Assembly (NCBI GenBank): GCA_965201075.1
Contig: CBDAVP010000013.1
Coordinates: 1 to 64,000 of the forward strand
Direction: 5' to 3'
DNA from: Isosphaeraceae bacterium
Lineage (GTDB): Bacteria; Planctomycetota; Planctomycetia; Isosphaerales; Isosphaeraceae
Length of the DNA stretch: 64,000 nucleotides
Shown here: one piece after another, positions 9,847-18,886 of the stretch
Layout: every line of letters begins with the position of its first letter
Numbering within the stretch: position 1 is the first letter of the stretch
The notes under the pieces: model-generated
The model's database searches: none
What the model was told of the DNA's origin: nothing
What the model saw: only the letters and a program-made list of their open reading frames with translations
Program-made: the position numbers and the translations under genes

Positions 9847-10380
9847 TCAGCTGAGGCCCCGGAAGAGGTCGTCGACGGCGATCATGGCGGTGTCGCCTAC
9901 CGGAATTCGGTCCCCCCGGTTGTACTCGGCGTCTGTGGAGTATCGCCCGGCGGCGAGGTCCGGGTTGGCGAAGGTGAAAACGCGGCGGCCCCTCACGTCG
10001 ACGACCCAGTAGGGCTGGATGCCCCGGGCGGCGTATTCCGGAGCTTTTTTGATCAGGTCGTTGGTCAGCGACGAGTCGGCGATTTCGACCAGCAGGACGA
10101 CCTCGTCGGGCGTGGGGCGATGCTCGATCCGATCGACGGCCGATCCCTTCAATACCATGAGGTCGGGCTGTGGCTCATAGCCGGGGCGAAGGGCAAGCGG
10201 CTGCTCGGTGCGGATGGTGAAGGCGTCGCGTGGGAAGATTGCGCTAAGGTAGTAAGCGATCAGGTAGAGAACCTGCGAGTGCGGTTCGTTAGGGGGCATT
10301 TCGTGGACGATCTCCCCGGCCCAGAGGTAATCCCGCCGGGTTGCCTCGGCGGTTGCGGATTGTGCGGTCGCGGTCGCCAT
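9847..10380 (-). CDS. Uma2-family endonuclease
   Basis: GEIVHEMPP.EPH, EPQPDLMVL, LLVEIADSSL..D..KK..YAARGI..YWVVDV. Confidence 0.88.
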   Translation of the reverse strand: MATATAQSATAEATRRDYLWAGEIVHEMPPNEPHSQVLYLIAYYLSAIFPRDAFTIRTEQPLALRPGYEPQPDLMVLKGSAVDRIEHRPTPDEVVLLVEIADSSLTNDLIKKAPEYAARGIQPYWVVDVRGRRVFTFANPDLAAGRYSTDAEYNRGDRIPVGDTAMIAVDDLFRGLS

Positions 10381-10445
10381 GAGGAGGTTCCCTGGTTCAA
10401 GATCTCGGAGGGAGATTCGTCGCGGACGACAATCCTTCGGCCCGG

Positions 10446-10475
10446 CCGTCCGAGGACGGGAAGGTCCCCGGACGG
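10446..10475 (-). terminator. GC-rich hairpin downstream of sodC (possible terminator)
   Basis: CCGTCCGAGGAC-N6-GTCCCCGGACGG, a 12-bp stem with one mismatch; no clear U-tract on the minus strand. Confidence 0.35.
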
Positions 10476-10505
10476 GCAGGGTTTCAGGTGCCAGCCGTTG
10501 GTGGC

Positions 10506-11078
10506 TTATTCGCCCTTGGCGACGCCGATGACTCCGACGGCAATGCGCCCGCCGGCGTTGCCCGGAGGCTCCTGGGTGGTCAGGTCGTCGACCTTTTCGT
10601 GGACGACCAGGCCGCGGCCGAGGATGCTGTGCTCGCCGTGGAGGTGGAGCCCCTTGTCGACGCGGTCGTATTCGGCGATGCCGCGGCCGTCGGCCTTGAT
10701 GTTGCCGAGGTCGCCGAGGTGCCGCATCTTGTCCTCGGGGCCGGCGTGCTTCTCTTTCTCGGGGTTGTAGTGGCCGCCAGCGGACTTGCCGTCGGCGCCG
10801 CTGATGTCGCCAAACTCGTGGATGTGGAAGCCGTGCTCGCCGGGGGCAAGCCCTTCGAGCTTGGCGACGACGTGGACGCCGTCACTTTCCTGGGTGAAGG
10901 TGACAACGCCGTGGGCCTTCTTCCCCTCGGTGGGGGTCAGCACGGCGATCGCCTTGGTGATGTGGGGGTGGCCGTGTTCCTTGTCCTTCGAGGACTGGCC
11001 CTGGGCAACCAGGCCGGTGGCGGCGATTGTGGCGAGAACTCCGGCGGCGAGGGCCGTTGCGGAACGCTTCCGGTTCAT
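10506..11078 (-). CDS. sodC: Cu/Zn superoxide dismutase (exported)
   Basis: Signal peptide; GEHGFHIHEFGD, SAGGHYNP, HLGDLGNI, GRGLVVHE..DD, GNAGGRIAVGVI. Confidence 0.95.
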   Translation of the reverse strand: MNRKRSATALAAGVLATIAATGLVAQGQSSKDKEHGHPHITKAIAVLTPTEGKKAHGVVTFTQESDGVHVVAKLEGLAPGEHGFHIHEFGDISGADGKSAGGHYNPEKEKHAGPEDKMRHLGDLGNIKADGRGIAEYDRVDKGLHLHGEHSILGRGLVVHEKVDDLTTQEPPGNAGGRIAVGVIGVAKGE

Positions 11079-11772
11079 GTGCGTCGCTCCTGGGGTGGGG
11101 GTCAAGTCGTGAGGGGTCGAGTCGGGTCGTCCAGCCCGCGGGGGGGTTCTGGATTCGAACTCCGACGTTCGCCGCGGGTCCGTTGTGGCCGTTTTTCATG
11201 GAGACGACCAGTATCTTTGCAGGACGGCCCCGTTCCGCAAGCCCCTGGCCCATTCGTTCCGGCGACCTGGGCGTGGGAAGCGGTTTGAAGAAACCGCCAA
11301 GAACGTCGGGCCCGCAATCTCGGCATCGTCGGCGCGACCCGTCGTCCGGGTGGCTGGCACCCGGGAAATTGGGTGAGAAACGCCGTGTGGCCCGAGGTTT
11401 GCCATAGCATTCTGGTGCGGTGAATTCCCACTCCCTTGATCTTCTGGGGAGGTTTCCTTTGATGAGGTCGCGCAAGCATGCGAAACCCATAGATGGTCAG
11501 GCGGCGGCGTCCTCCCGAGGGCCTCATAAGGCTCGCGATGGGTCGCCCGACGGGTTCGACGAAGAGGTCGGCCCAGCCCGAATGTATCCCGCGGTGGTCC
11601 TCTCCCGCGATGCGGCCCGACGACGGGTTCCGATTCGCTACGTCCGCTGATCGGGCGTCAGGGGACGAGGGTGTCCCGGGGCGGTTTCGCTAGAGGGGAA
11701 TCCGGTGCGACGAAGCTCCGAGATGTCCTGGCCGCGATGAGGCGGCCCGCCTTCTTTCCCCTGCCCTCCCGA

Positions 11773-12486
11773 TCAGGGGGCGGCTTCCACTTCGGCCACG
11801 GAAAGGTCGTCGAACGCCGTCTGGGCGTCGGATTTCGTCCAGAGCCCGACCTGGCCTCCGTCGGAGTAGGTGGCGTCGTCGGCCTCCAGGACGCTCTTGT
11901 TGTCGAGTTCGCAGCGAATGTGGGCGCCGACCATGGTGACTCGGAGGGTGTGCCAGGTGTCGGTGCCGGGAACCTTGACGCTACGGATCTGGGTCCGCTT
12001 GCTGTTGACGACCTTGAAGAGGCGGAAGTTGTCTTCCAGGGGGTTGTAGCGGGCAAGATAGTAGTTCTTGTCGTCACTGGCCCGCCAGACGAGACCGCCG
12101 CCTCGGTCAACCTCGCCGAGGGTTGGCAGTAGCTTGACGAAGAGGTCGACGTCCTTGAGGCGTGGGCCATCGAGCAAGGCCAGGTTGAAGGCGTCGTCGG
12201 GGTTCATGGCTCGCTGCGCCAGGGCCTGGTTCTTCGCGTCGGTCGTGGCGACGGGGGCCAAGCGATCTTCCAGGACATGGTTGTTCTGGACCTCGACGAC
12301 CTCCCAGCGCCCGCTGGAGGCGACGAAGCCGTCGGCGATCGCGCCAGGCTTGTCCTTCTCGAAGTCCCAGGTTCGCAGGGTATTGGGGTGGGACGGAGGT
12401 TCGACCGCGCGGAGGTGGCGTGGCGTCGTCGACATCACGGAGGCGATGGTCAGGACAAGCGCGAGCCGGGCGTGTTGGGTGTTCAA
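11773..12486 (-). CDS. Exported concanavalin-A-like (DUF1080-like) beta-sandwich protein
   Basis: TTG start after GGAGGAGG; GGGLVWRASDDKNYYLARYNPLEDNFRLFKVV..WHTLRV..GQVGLWTKSDAQTAFDDL. This is only the 3' part of the 846-aa track ORF. Confidence 0.75.
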   Translation of the reverse strand: MNTQHARLALVLTIASVMSTTPRHLRAVEPPSHPNTLRTWDFEKDKPGAIADGFVASSGRWEVVEVQNNHVLEDRLAPVATTDAKNQALAQRAMNPDDAFNLALLDGPRLKDVDLFVKLLPTLGEVDRGGGLVWRASDDKNYYLARYNPLEDNFRLFKVVNSKRTQIRSVKVPGTDTWHTLRVTMVGAHIRCELDNKSVLEADDATYSDGGQVGLWTKSDAQTAFDDLSVAEVEAAP

Positions 12487-12717
12487 GGCGAACCTCCTCC
12501 CGGAAAAGGGGGTGAGTGGGGCCGAGGCGGGTTGTTTTGGGTGCGGTCGGGGGGGAGTTGCGTCGTTGGAGGACGCGAGACCTGGGTTGATGATAGCCCG
12601 AGCGGGGTCGGGATTCCCAGCGGGAGGTGGGCCTTGCTCGGGGGGGCCGGGGCCGATAGGTTCGGAATTTGGGGATGCGGGGCGCCTTCGAGGTGGGTGA
12701 ATGGCCTGGCGACGACG

Positions 12718-14271
12718 ATGAAGACCGTGGCGTGCCCGGCATGCGGGCGGGACGTGCGCGTCTCGGAGGACTTCGCCGGGGGGCGCGGAGAGTGTCCCCT
12801 TTGTGGGGCAAGGTTCGAGGTTCCCGTCGCGGAGTTCGAGGGGGATGAGGCTCCGCGGCGCCCCTGGTGGGGAGTGCCCCGGTTGGAGTGGCCGTTGGGC
12901 GGGCCTCGGCTGCGTCGATGCCTGGCCTGCCAGCGGAATCGGTTCGCGATCCCCGGCCGTTGCGCACGCTGCGGAGGGGAGACCGCCGGGCTGCATCCGG
13001 AGGCGGTGGCCTCGGGGGACGAGGCGGACTTGGCCCTCGCAGCTGAGGCGTTCCGTCGGCGGGGACGGTGGCTGAACTGGTGCGTTGGGGCGATCTGGGC
13101 GCTGGCGGCGGTGCTGGTGGTTCTGCTGCTGGTGGAAACGATGGGGCAGCGGGTGTTCCTGGTGAACCTCGCGTTCTTCGCCCTGTTCGCCGCACCGGTG
13201 GTCGCCGGCGCCCTTTGGCTTCAGCAATGGGCCGCCGGCTGGATCGGCGAGCGGTTCGCCCGTCGGTATGCGGCCGATTCCGACGACGAGGACGAGGACG
13301 AGGACCACGACCCGGCCGAGGCCGATTCCGAGGCCGAGGTGCTGGCGGCGGCGGTGGAGCGGGCTCGGGAGGGGATTGTTGAGCCCTTTCTGGACCGCCA
13401 TGGCGTGGTGGAGGGGACGGCCTTGCGGGTTCCCGAGGGGGAGTTGGGAATGCTGCGGTCGCTGCTGGGTCGCGAGGGGCTGGACCTGCCGGGGGACGAC
13501 CTGGCGGCGTTCCTGACGTCCTGCGCTTTGCGACGCGACTTCGACCGCTTCCGCTGGGACCTGGAGGGACAGCCCGGGGTGGATCGGGGGCCCTTGGTGG
13601 CGTTTGTGTCGCTGGCGCCGGAGGGCTCGGCCGACGAGGGGCGGTTGCCCTACTTGCAGGAAGTTCTGGCCGAAGCGGGGCGCGATTCGAGCGAGGCGCA
13701 TGTGCGGGAGCTGCTGCGGGACGTTCGCCGGGAGCGGGCCTTGAGGTCGTTCGCGGCGGATCTGCAGGGGAGTCGGCCGTCGGCGGCGACTGTCTCGTCG
13801 CCGAGTCTGGCGTTTGGCCTGGCGGGGACCGGCGTTGGCTCGGGGGTGACGATCGCCCGGGTCGACGCGATGGCGCCCCGAGAGTTCGGCCCGTTGCTGT
13901 CGAGGGTTCACGCCGCCCGGGGCGAGGCGGTCGAGGAGGCTCCGAGAGCCGGGGCCCTGGGTGTGGACGTGCTGGTCGGGCTGCCCGAGAATCGTCGGGT
14001 GATCCAGGGGCACCTCAGCGACATGCCGCTCGGGCCCTCGGCGGTGCAGCGAGCCGTGGCGGCCCGGCATTATTACCGATGCCGGCGGGCGGTGGTCGTC
14101 ACCAATCACCACTTCGCCCCCGAAGCCACCGCCCTGGCGGCGACCGAGGGGGTGGAACTGGTCGAACGCCGAGGTCTGGTTTCGTTGCTGGATGAATTCA
14201 ACCGATCGCCCGGCCGAGACGACCCGGGCCTTGCCGAGTTGCTGGCCCCCGACCCGTCGCGGGCCGTTTGA
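12718..14271 (+). CDS. Double zinc-ribbon, 2-TM membrane protein with a C-terminal Mrr-like restriction endonuclease domain
   Basis: CPAC..CPLC and CLAC..CARC, two hydrophobic helices, acidic linker, then VDAMAPREF..LGVDVLV..VIQGH..SAVQRAVAARHYY.C.RAVVVTN..F..A..LA..GVELVER. Confidence 0.72.
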   Translation: MKTVACPACGRDVRVSEDFAGGRGECPLCGARFEVPVAEFEGDEAPRRPWWGVPRLEWPLGGPRLRRCLACQRNRFAIPGRCARCGGETAGLHPEAVASGDEADLALAAEAFRRRGRWLNWCVGAIWALAAVLVVLLLVETMGQRVFLVNLAFFALFAAPVVAGALWLQQWAAGWIGERFARRYAADSDDEDEDEDHDPAEADSEAEVLAAAVERAREGIVEPFLDRHGVVEGTALRVPEGELGMLRSLLGREGLDLPGDDLAAFLTSCALRRDFDRFRWDLEGQPGVDRGPLVAFVSLAPEGSADEGRLPYLQEVLAEAGRDSSEAHVRELLRDVRRERALRSFAADLQGSRPSAATVSSPSLAFGLAGTGVGSGVTIARVDAMAPREFGPLLSRVHAARGEAVEEAPRAGALGVDVLVGLPENRRVIQGHLSDMPLGPSAVQRAVAARHYYRCRRAVVVTNHHFAPEATALAATEGVELVERRGLVSLLDEFNRSPGRDDPGLAELLAPDPSRAV

Positions 14272-14297
14272 ATTCGCGTTCTCGGGAGACTTCGCCG

Positions 14298-16478
14298 ATG
14301 CGGAAATTTCCATGCTTGCGGCTCGCGATGGTGGTCCTCAGCGCCTCGGCGACCGTTCGGGCGGACGACCCGAGACCGCCGGACCCCGGCCAGTCCCGGG
14401 AGCGGACCTGCTTCCAGACGCATTCGGACTGGAAGCCGTGGCTCCAGTCGCGTTCCGATGTGGCGATCTGTTATGGCATTGACGCAACCCTGCCGGCTCG
14501 GATCGCCCAGTGGAAGGCTCAGGGGTATATCCCCCACCTGATGACCGGCGTCTCCTGGGGGCAATATCAGGACTACCTGTATGCCCGATTCGATGGAACC
14601 AACCACGAGGACGAGGCCCAGCGAGACCGCCATGGCAAGGTGATCTCCCACGGCGGCGACGTCTATTACATGTCGCCAGGGGAAAATTACGGCAAATTCC
14701 TCTGCCTGGGCGTGAAGCGAGCGATGGACGCCGGCGCTGCGGCGGTCCACCTGGAAGAGCCCGAGTTCTGGGCCCGCGGCGGCTACAGCGAAGGGTTCAA
14801 GCGGGAGTGGAAGGCGTATTACAAGGAGGACTGGATCCCGCCCCACCAGTCGCCCGACGCCCAGTATCGGGCCTCGAAGCTGAAGTATTACCTGTATGGC
14901 CGGGCCTTGAAGCAGGTGTTTGATTTCGTCAAGGCCGAGAACACGCGAACGAATCGTCATGTCAAGTGTTACGTGCCTTCGCATAGTCTGATCAATTACG
15001 CCCACTGGCAAATCGTCAGTCCCGAGTCGAGCCTGGTGGGTGTGGGGGCCGACGGGTTCATCGCCCAGGTCTGGACCGGCACGGCGCGGACACCCAATGT
15101 TTATCGAGGCGTGACGAAGGAGCGGACGTTCGAGACGGCCTTCCTTGAATATGGCGCGATGATGAACGTGGTGAGGGCCGGGGGCGGGACCGTCTGGTTC
15201 CTGAACGACCCGATCGAGGACGACCCGAACCACTCTTGGGAGGACTACCGCACCAACTGGGAGAGCACCCTGACAGCCTCGCTCTTGTGGCCGCAAGTTT
15301 GGCGTTACGAAGTGATGCCCTGGCCCGAGCGGGTCTTCCGCGGCAAGCACCCGGCCGTTGGCAAGCCGGGGGAGCGGGGCGAGAAGGTGCCGATCCCGCC
15401 GGCCTATGCCACCGAGCTGATGACCGTCGTCACCGCGTTGAACGACATGGAACAGCCAGAGGTGACGTGGGACAGTGGGACGAGGGGGATTGGCGTGGTG
15501 GTTTCGGACACGATGATGTTCCAGAGGGCCGGGGCGAGCCCGTCGGACAAGCATCTGGGGTCGTTCCACGGGCTGGCCTTGCCGTTGCTGAAGCACGGCA
15601 TTCCCGCCGAGCCGGTGCAGCTGGAAAACGCTCACCTGCCGGGGGCGCTGATGGGGCAAAAGGTCCTGGTGATGACGTATGAGGGGATGAAGCCGATGGG
15701 TCCCGAGGCCCACGACGCGCTGGCGGCCTGGGTCTCGGCGGGCGGGGCTTTGGTGTTCTTGGGAGACGATTCCGACCCCTACAACGGCGTGCGGTCGTGG
15801 TGGAACGACAAGGCGGCGGGTCGGTCGTATGCGTCGCCTCGCCAGCACCTGTTCGAGATGCTGAAGCTCGCCAAGGATGCTCCGGCGGGGCGTTACCCGG
15901 TCGGCAAGGGAGTCGTCCGTTACGACCCGGCGAGCCCCGCCTCTCTGACGTACCGAGCCGATGGCGCGGACCACGTGTGGGAGCTGGTGAGGGAGGCGTG
16001 CCGGGCCGTCGGGCTGGAGTTCCGCGGGACCGATCACCTGGTGTTGCGCCGGGGGCCCTATGTCGTGGCGGCGGGGCTGGATGAGTCGATGCCGTCACCC
16101 CCGACGGTGCTGCATGGACGGTTCCTCGACCTGTTCGACGCGGGGCTCGCCGTGAGAGAGTCGGTAACCGTAACGCCAGGCGGCCGGTTCCTGCTGCTGG
16201 ACATGGACAAGGTGGCGGCGAGCGGGCCGGTGGTGCTGGCCTCGGCATGCAAGGCGCTGGGAGCCGCGACCACTGCGGACGGGACGTTCTCGTTCCACGC
16301 CGAGGGGCCCGAGGGGGTCGAGGCGGTGGCGAGGCTCGCCTTGCCGGCCGAACCCAAGGTCGTCACGGTGGACGGCCAGCCGTTGCCGACCGAGGCCCGG
16401 GTTTGGGACGACGCGTCGAAGACCTTATTGCTGCGGTTCCCCAACCGGGCCGTGGGGCGGAAGGTGGTCGTCCGTTAA
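14298..16478 (+). CDS. Secreted hypothetical protein, glycoside-hydrolase-like with a class I GATase-like domain
   Basis: Signal peptide (..TVRA-DD), aromatic-rich catalytic-like region (HLEEPEFW), then KVLVMTYEGMKP..AWVSAGGALVF. Confidence 0.55.
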   Translation: MRKFPCLRLAMVVLSASATVRADDPRPPDPGQSRERTCFQTHSDWKPWLQSRSDVAICYGIDATLPARIAQWKAQGYIPHLMTGVSWGQYQDYLYARFDGTNHEDEAQRDRHGKVISHGGDVYYMSPGENYGKFLCLGVKRAMDAGAAAVHLEEPEFWARGGYSEGFKREWKAYYKEDWIPPHQSPDAQYRASKLKYYLYGRALKQVFDFVKAENTRTNRHVKCYVPSHSLINYAHWQIVSPESSLVGVGADGFIAQVWTGTARTPNVYRGVTKERTFETAFLEYGAMMNVVRAGGGTVWFLNDPIEDDPNHSWEDYRTNWESTLTASLLWPQVWRYEVMPWPERVFRGKHPAVGKPGERGEKVPIPPAYATELMTVVTALNDMEQPEVTWDSGTRGIGVVVSDTMMFQRAGASPSDKHLGSFHGLALPLLKHGIPAEPVQLENAHLPGALMGQKVLVMTYEGMKPMGPEAHDALAAWVSAGGALVFLGDDSDPYNGVRSWWNDKAAGRSYASPRQHLFEMLKLAKDAPAGRYPVGKGVVRYDPASPASLTYRADGADHVWELVREACRAVGLEFRGTDHLVLRRGPYVVAAGLDESMPSPPTVLHGRFLDLFDAGLAVRESVTVTPGGRFLLLDMDKVAASGPVVLASACKALGAATTADGTFSFHAEGPEGVEAVARLALPAEPKVVTVDGQPLPTEARVWDDASKTLLLRFPNRAVGRKVVVR

Positions 16479-16780
16479 CTCGGCGGGAGTTGAGCGGGCC
16501 GGGAGACTGGGGCGGGGGCCGGGAGGATCGCGCCGGCGCCCCGGTTCCGGCCGCGACTTCCTTGAAAGGCGGGCACCAGCAGGCCCGTCAGGACGAGGAA
16601 CTCCGCTGCGAGGACGCACAACTCGACGTGGGAGAGCCCCTCGATGAGGACCGGGATTAGCACCCCAATCGCGAGCGGCCAGGCCGCCTGCCACGGTAAG
16701 GGGAGGGCGAACACCACCGCCTCGGCGACGATGGCGGCGCCCAGGCGGGCCAGGGAGATTTGGCGGCGGAGCTTCGCCAT
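16475..16780 (-). CDS. Small membrane protein with an internal prepilin-like motif
   Basis: Hydrophobic N-terminal helices, then GLSHVELCVLAAEFLVLTGLLVPAFQGSR; RBS-like CAGGAG upstream. Confidence 0.55.
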   Translation of the reverse strand: MAKLRRQISLARLGAAIVAEAVVFALPLPWQAAWPLAIGVLIPVLIEGLSHVELCVLAAEFLVLTGLLVPAFQGSRGRNRGAGAILPAPAPVSRPAQLPPS

Positions 16781-16822
16781 CGTCCGGTCTCCTGTCCCGG
16801 AATTCTCGATACGTGTTGAACG

Positions 16823-17827
16823 TCAATTCGTGGTTTTGGGGGCAAGCTCGAAGGGGTAGATGACCTTCCAGTCACGTTTCATGTCGATGAGGGTCCAGCC
16901 GCGGGAGGGGGCCTCGTCGAGGGCGCGGGCGAGGCGGCCGACGAGGGAGTCGCGGTCGTAGGCCCACTCGCGGACGGCGTCGGTGTGGTGGACGATCAGG
17001 CCCAGGCGGGGGCCGGGGCCGCTGGTGATCCAGCGGAGCATCTCGAAGTCGCCGTCGGAGTTGCCCACCACCAAAATCGGCCGGCGTCCCAGGGCGTAGT
17101 GGATTCCCACCGGCTTGCCCGGACCGTCGTCGACGAACTGGACCTCGGGCAGCCGGGTGAGGACGGGGAGACCGTCTTTCAGGTCATAGCGAATCTTCAA
17201 CGTGCTGCCGATGACCTGCTCGGGCGGGATGCCGTAAACGGACTCCGACCAGACCCGGAGGAAGTCAGCGCCCCCGCCGGAAACCATGACGGTGCGGAAG
17301 CCGTGGGCCCGCAGGTAGGCCAGCAGTTCCCGCATCGGCTGGAAGACAAGGTCGGTGTAGGGGCGGTCGAAGCGGGGGTGTCGGGCGTGGGCCAGCCAGT
17401 CGCGGACCGAGGCGGCGTACTCCTCGATCGTCAGGCCCGGGGCGTCGTCGCCCAGCATGTCCAGCCGGTCCCTCGCGGTCGCCGTGAGGGCCGGGCGGAA
17501 GTCCCCCTGGAGGGCCGAGGCCACCAGTGGGTTTTCACCGAGCCTGGGATTCTTGACAACCAGGGCCTTCAGGCGGGCCGAGGCGAAGACGAATTGGTAG
17601 TACATCGGCTGCTCGGACCAAAGGGTCCCGTCGTTGTCGAACGCCGCGATGCGGTCCGGCACCGGAACGAAATCGGGGCTTCCTTCGCGGGTGACGCGGG
17701 CGACGAAGTCGAGGAGCGCCGATCGGGCGTGACTGACGCTCCACGAGGGCAAGGGCTCGTCGGCCTGGACCGAGGTTGGGACGGCCAGCACGGCCAGCAG
17801 AAGGACGACGCGGCGGGCGGGGGGCAT
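16823..17827 (-). CDS. Exported HAD-superfamily hydrolase (acid phosphatase-like)
   Basis: Signal peptide; AAFDNDGTLWSEQP, VSGGG, DDGPGKP, GNSDGD, HHTDAVREWAYDR. Confidence 0.9.
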   Translation of the reverse strand: MPPARRVVLLLAVLAVPTSVQADEPLPSWSVSHARSALLDFVARVTREGSPDFVPVPDRIAAFDNDGTLWSEQPMYYQFVFASARLKALVVKNPRLGENPLVASALQGDFRPALTATARDRLDMLGDDAPGLTIEEYAASVRDWLAHARHPRFDRPYTDLVFQPMRELLAYLRAHGFRTVMVSGGGADFLRVWSESVYGIPPEQVIGSTLKIRYDLKDGLPVLTRLPEVQFVDDGPGKPVGIHYALGRRPILVVGNSDGDFEMLRWITSGPGPRLGLIVHHTDAVREWAYDRDSLVGRLARALDEAPSRGWTLIDMKRDWKVIYPFELAPKTTN

Positions 17828-17844
17828 TCCGGGGATCTCGATGG

Positions 17845-18684
17845 TCAGGCGGGGGGTCGGACCGCGTTGGCATTTTGGACGAGGGCGTCGGCCCAGGCCT
17901 GGTCCTCGGGGGAGAGCGGCGGCACGCAGGGCTTGCCGTAGTCGAGGATTAGGCTGAAGTCACCAGCCTCGTAGGTGTGTGCCAGTACGGCCTGGATGTC
18001 GAGAACCGTGTCGGGGTCGCCTTGGGCCAGGGGGATGCGGATGCGGGGCAGGCGGTCGCGGAGGCGGCGGGGGTACAGTTCGAATTCGTCACGCCAGCCC
18101 CCCGCGCGGCTGACGCAGACGAGGGAGTCGCGCGGGGCGGCCCGAGATGCGGCCTCCTCGCCGACGGCCAGGGTGTGTGTCCCGGATCGTAAGAGGTCGA
18201 TCTCGACGAGGTGGGAGCGGCTGGCCAGAACCTCCGTCTGTTTGGCCAGGTAGGACTCTCGACCCTGGCCACGGGCCTTGTTCGTCGGGTTGAGGAGTTC
18301 GATGACCGTCACGACCTCCTGGCCAGACTTCCGGTCGAGGATCGTGAGGTAGGCTTCGTGGATCTCAAGCCTCGGGTCCGCTACGAGGAGCGGCTCATCC
18401 GCCATCGGCTCCGTGAGGGCGACGGCCCCTCCGCCACCAAACGGTTCGGGTCGTCGACGCCGGATGGAGGCGTCGGGGACGATGGATCGATCGCGGTTCA
18501 TCGCTTCGTCCCGATCCCATTCCTGTCGTTCGACGTAGACTCGCTCCTCTATGGACGTGACGTACCGTGGCCTTAAGCGGGGTTGGAGTTGGTCACGCAG
18601 ATAGACAATAAACGCGTTGTGGACCCCCGACCAGATCGCGGGGTTTTCGAGGTAGGGGTCCATGCCCGGGAAGATCATGGCCAA
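17845..18684 (-). CDS. DUF4058-family protein
   Basis: FPGMDPYLE.P..WSGVH, VTVIELL.PTNK..GRESYLAK, HLVEIDLLR, RLPRIRIPL, LDY.KPC.PPL. Confidence 0.9.
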   Translation of the reverse strand: MAMIFPGMDPYLENPAIWSGVHNAFIVYLRDQLQPRLRPRYVTSIEERVYVERQEWDRDEAMNRDRSIVPDASIRRRRPEPFGGGGAVALTEPMADEPLLVADPRLEIHEAYLTILDRKSGQEVVTVIELLNPTNKARGQGRESYLAKQTEVLASRSHLVEIDLLRSGTHTLAVGEEAASRAAPRDSLVCVSRAGGWRDEFELYPRRLRDRLPRIRIPLAQGDPDTVLDIQAVLAHTYEAGDFSLILDYGKPCVPPLSPEDQAWADALVQNANAVRPPA

Positions 18685-18886
18685 GGGTCGGTCCTCCGTG
18701 GCGATGAGGCGGCTTCGGGTTCATCATACCGCATCCGGGGCTCTCGACGGGAGGCGAAGGAGCTAGATGGCTGGCTCATTGTGGGGCCGGGTGGGGTCGC
18801 GATAGACTGGCGTGCCTGGTTCATGGCCGGTGTCCCTCTACCGCCGTTCGGGTCCCCATGCCGTGGCGAGGTCAGGAGGTCTCACG

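Noticed and set aside
11140..11180. tRNA-like GTTCGAATCC on the minus strand
   Set aside because: The flanks do not form a T-stem or acceptor stem, and there is no cloverleaf.
12487..14313. N-terminal ~600 aa of the 846-aa minus-strand ORF
   Set aside because: It is antisense to the zinc-ribbon/Mrr gene. The real gene starts at TTG 12486 after GGAGGAGG.
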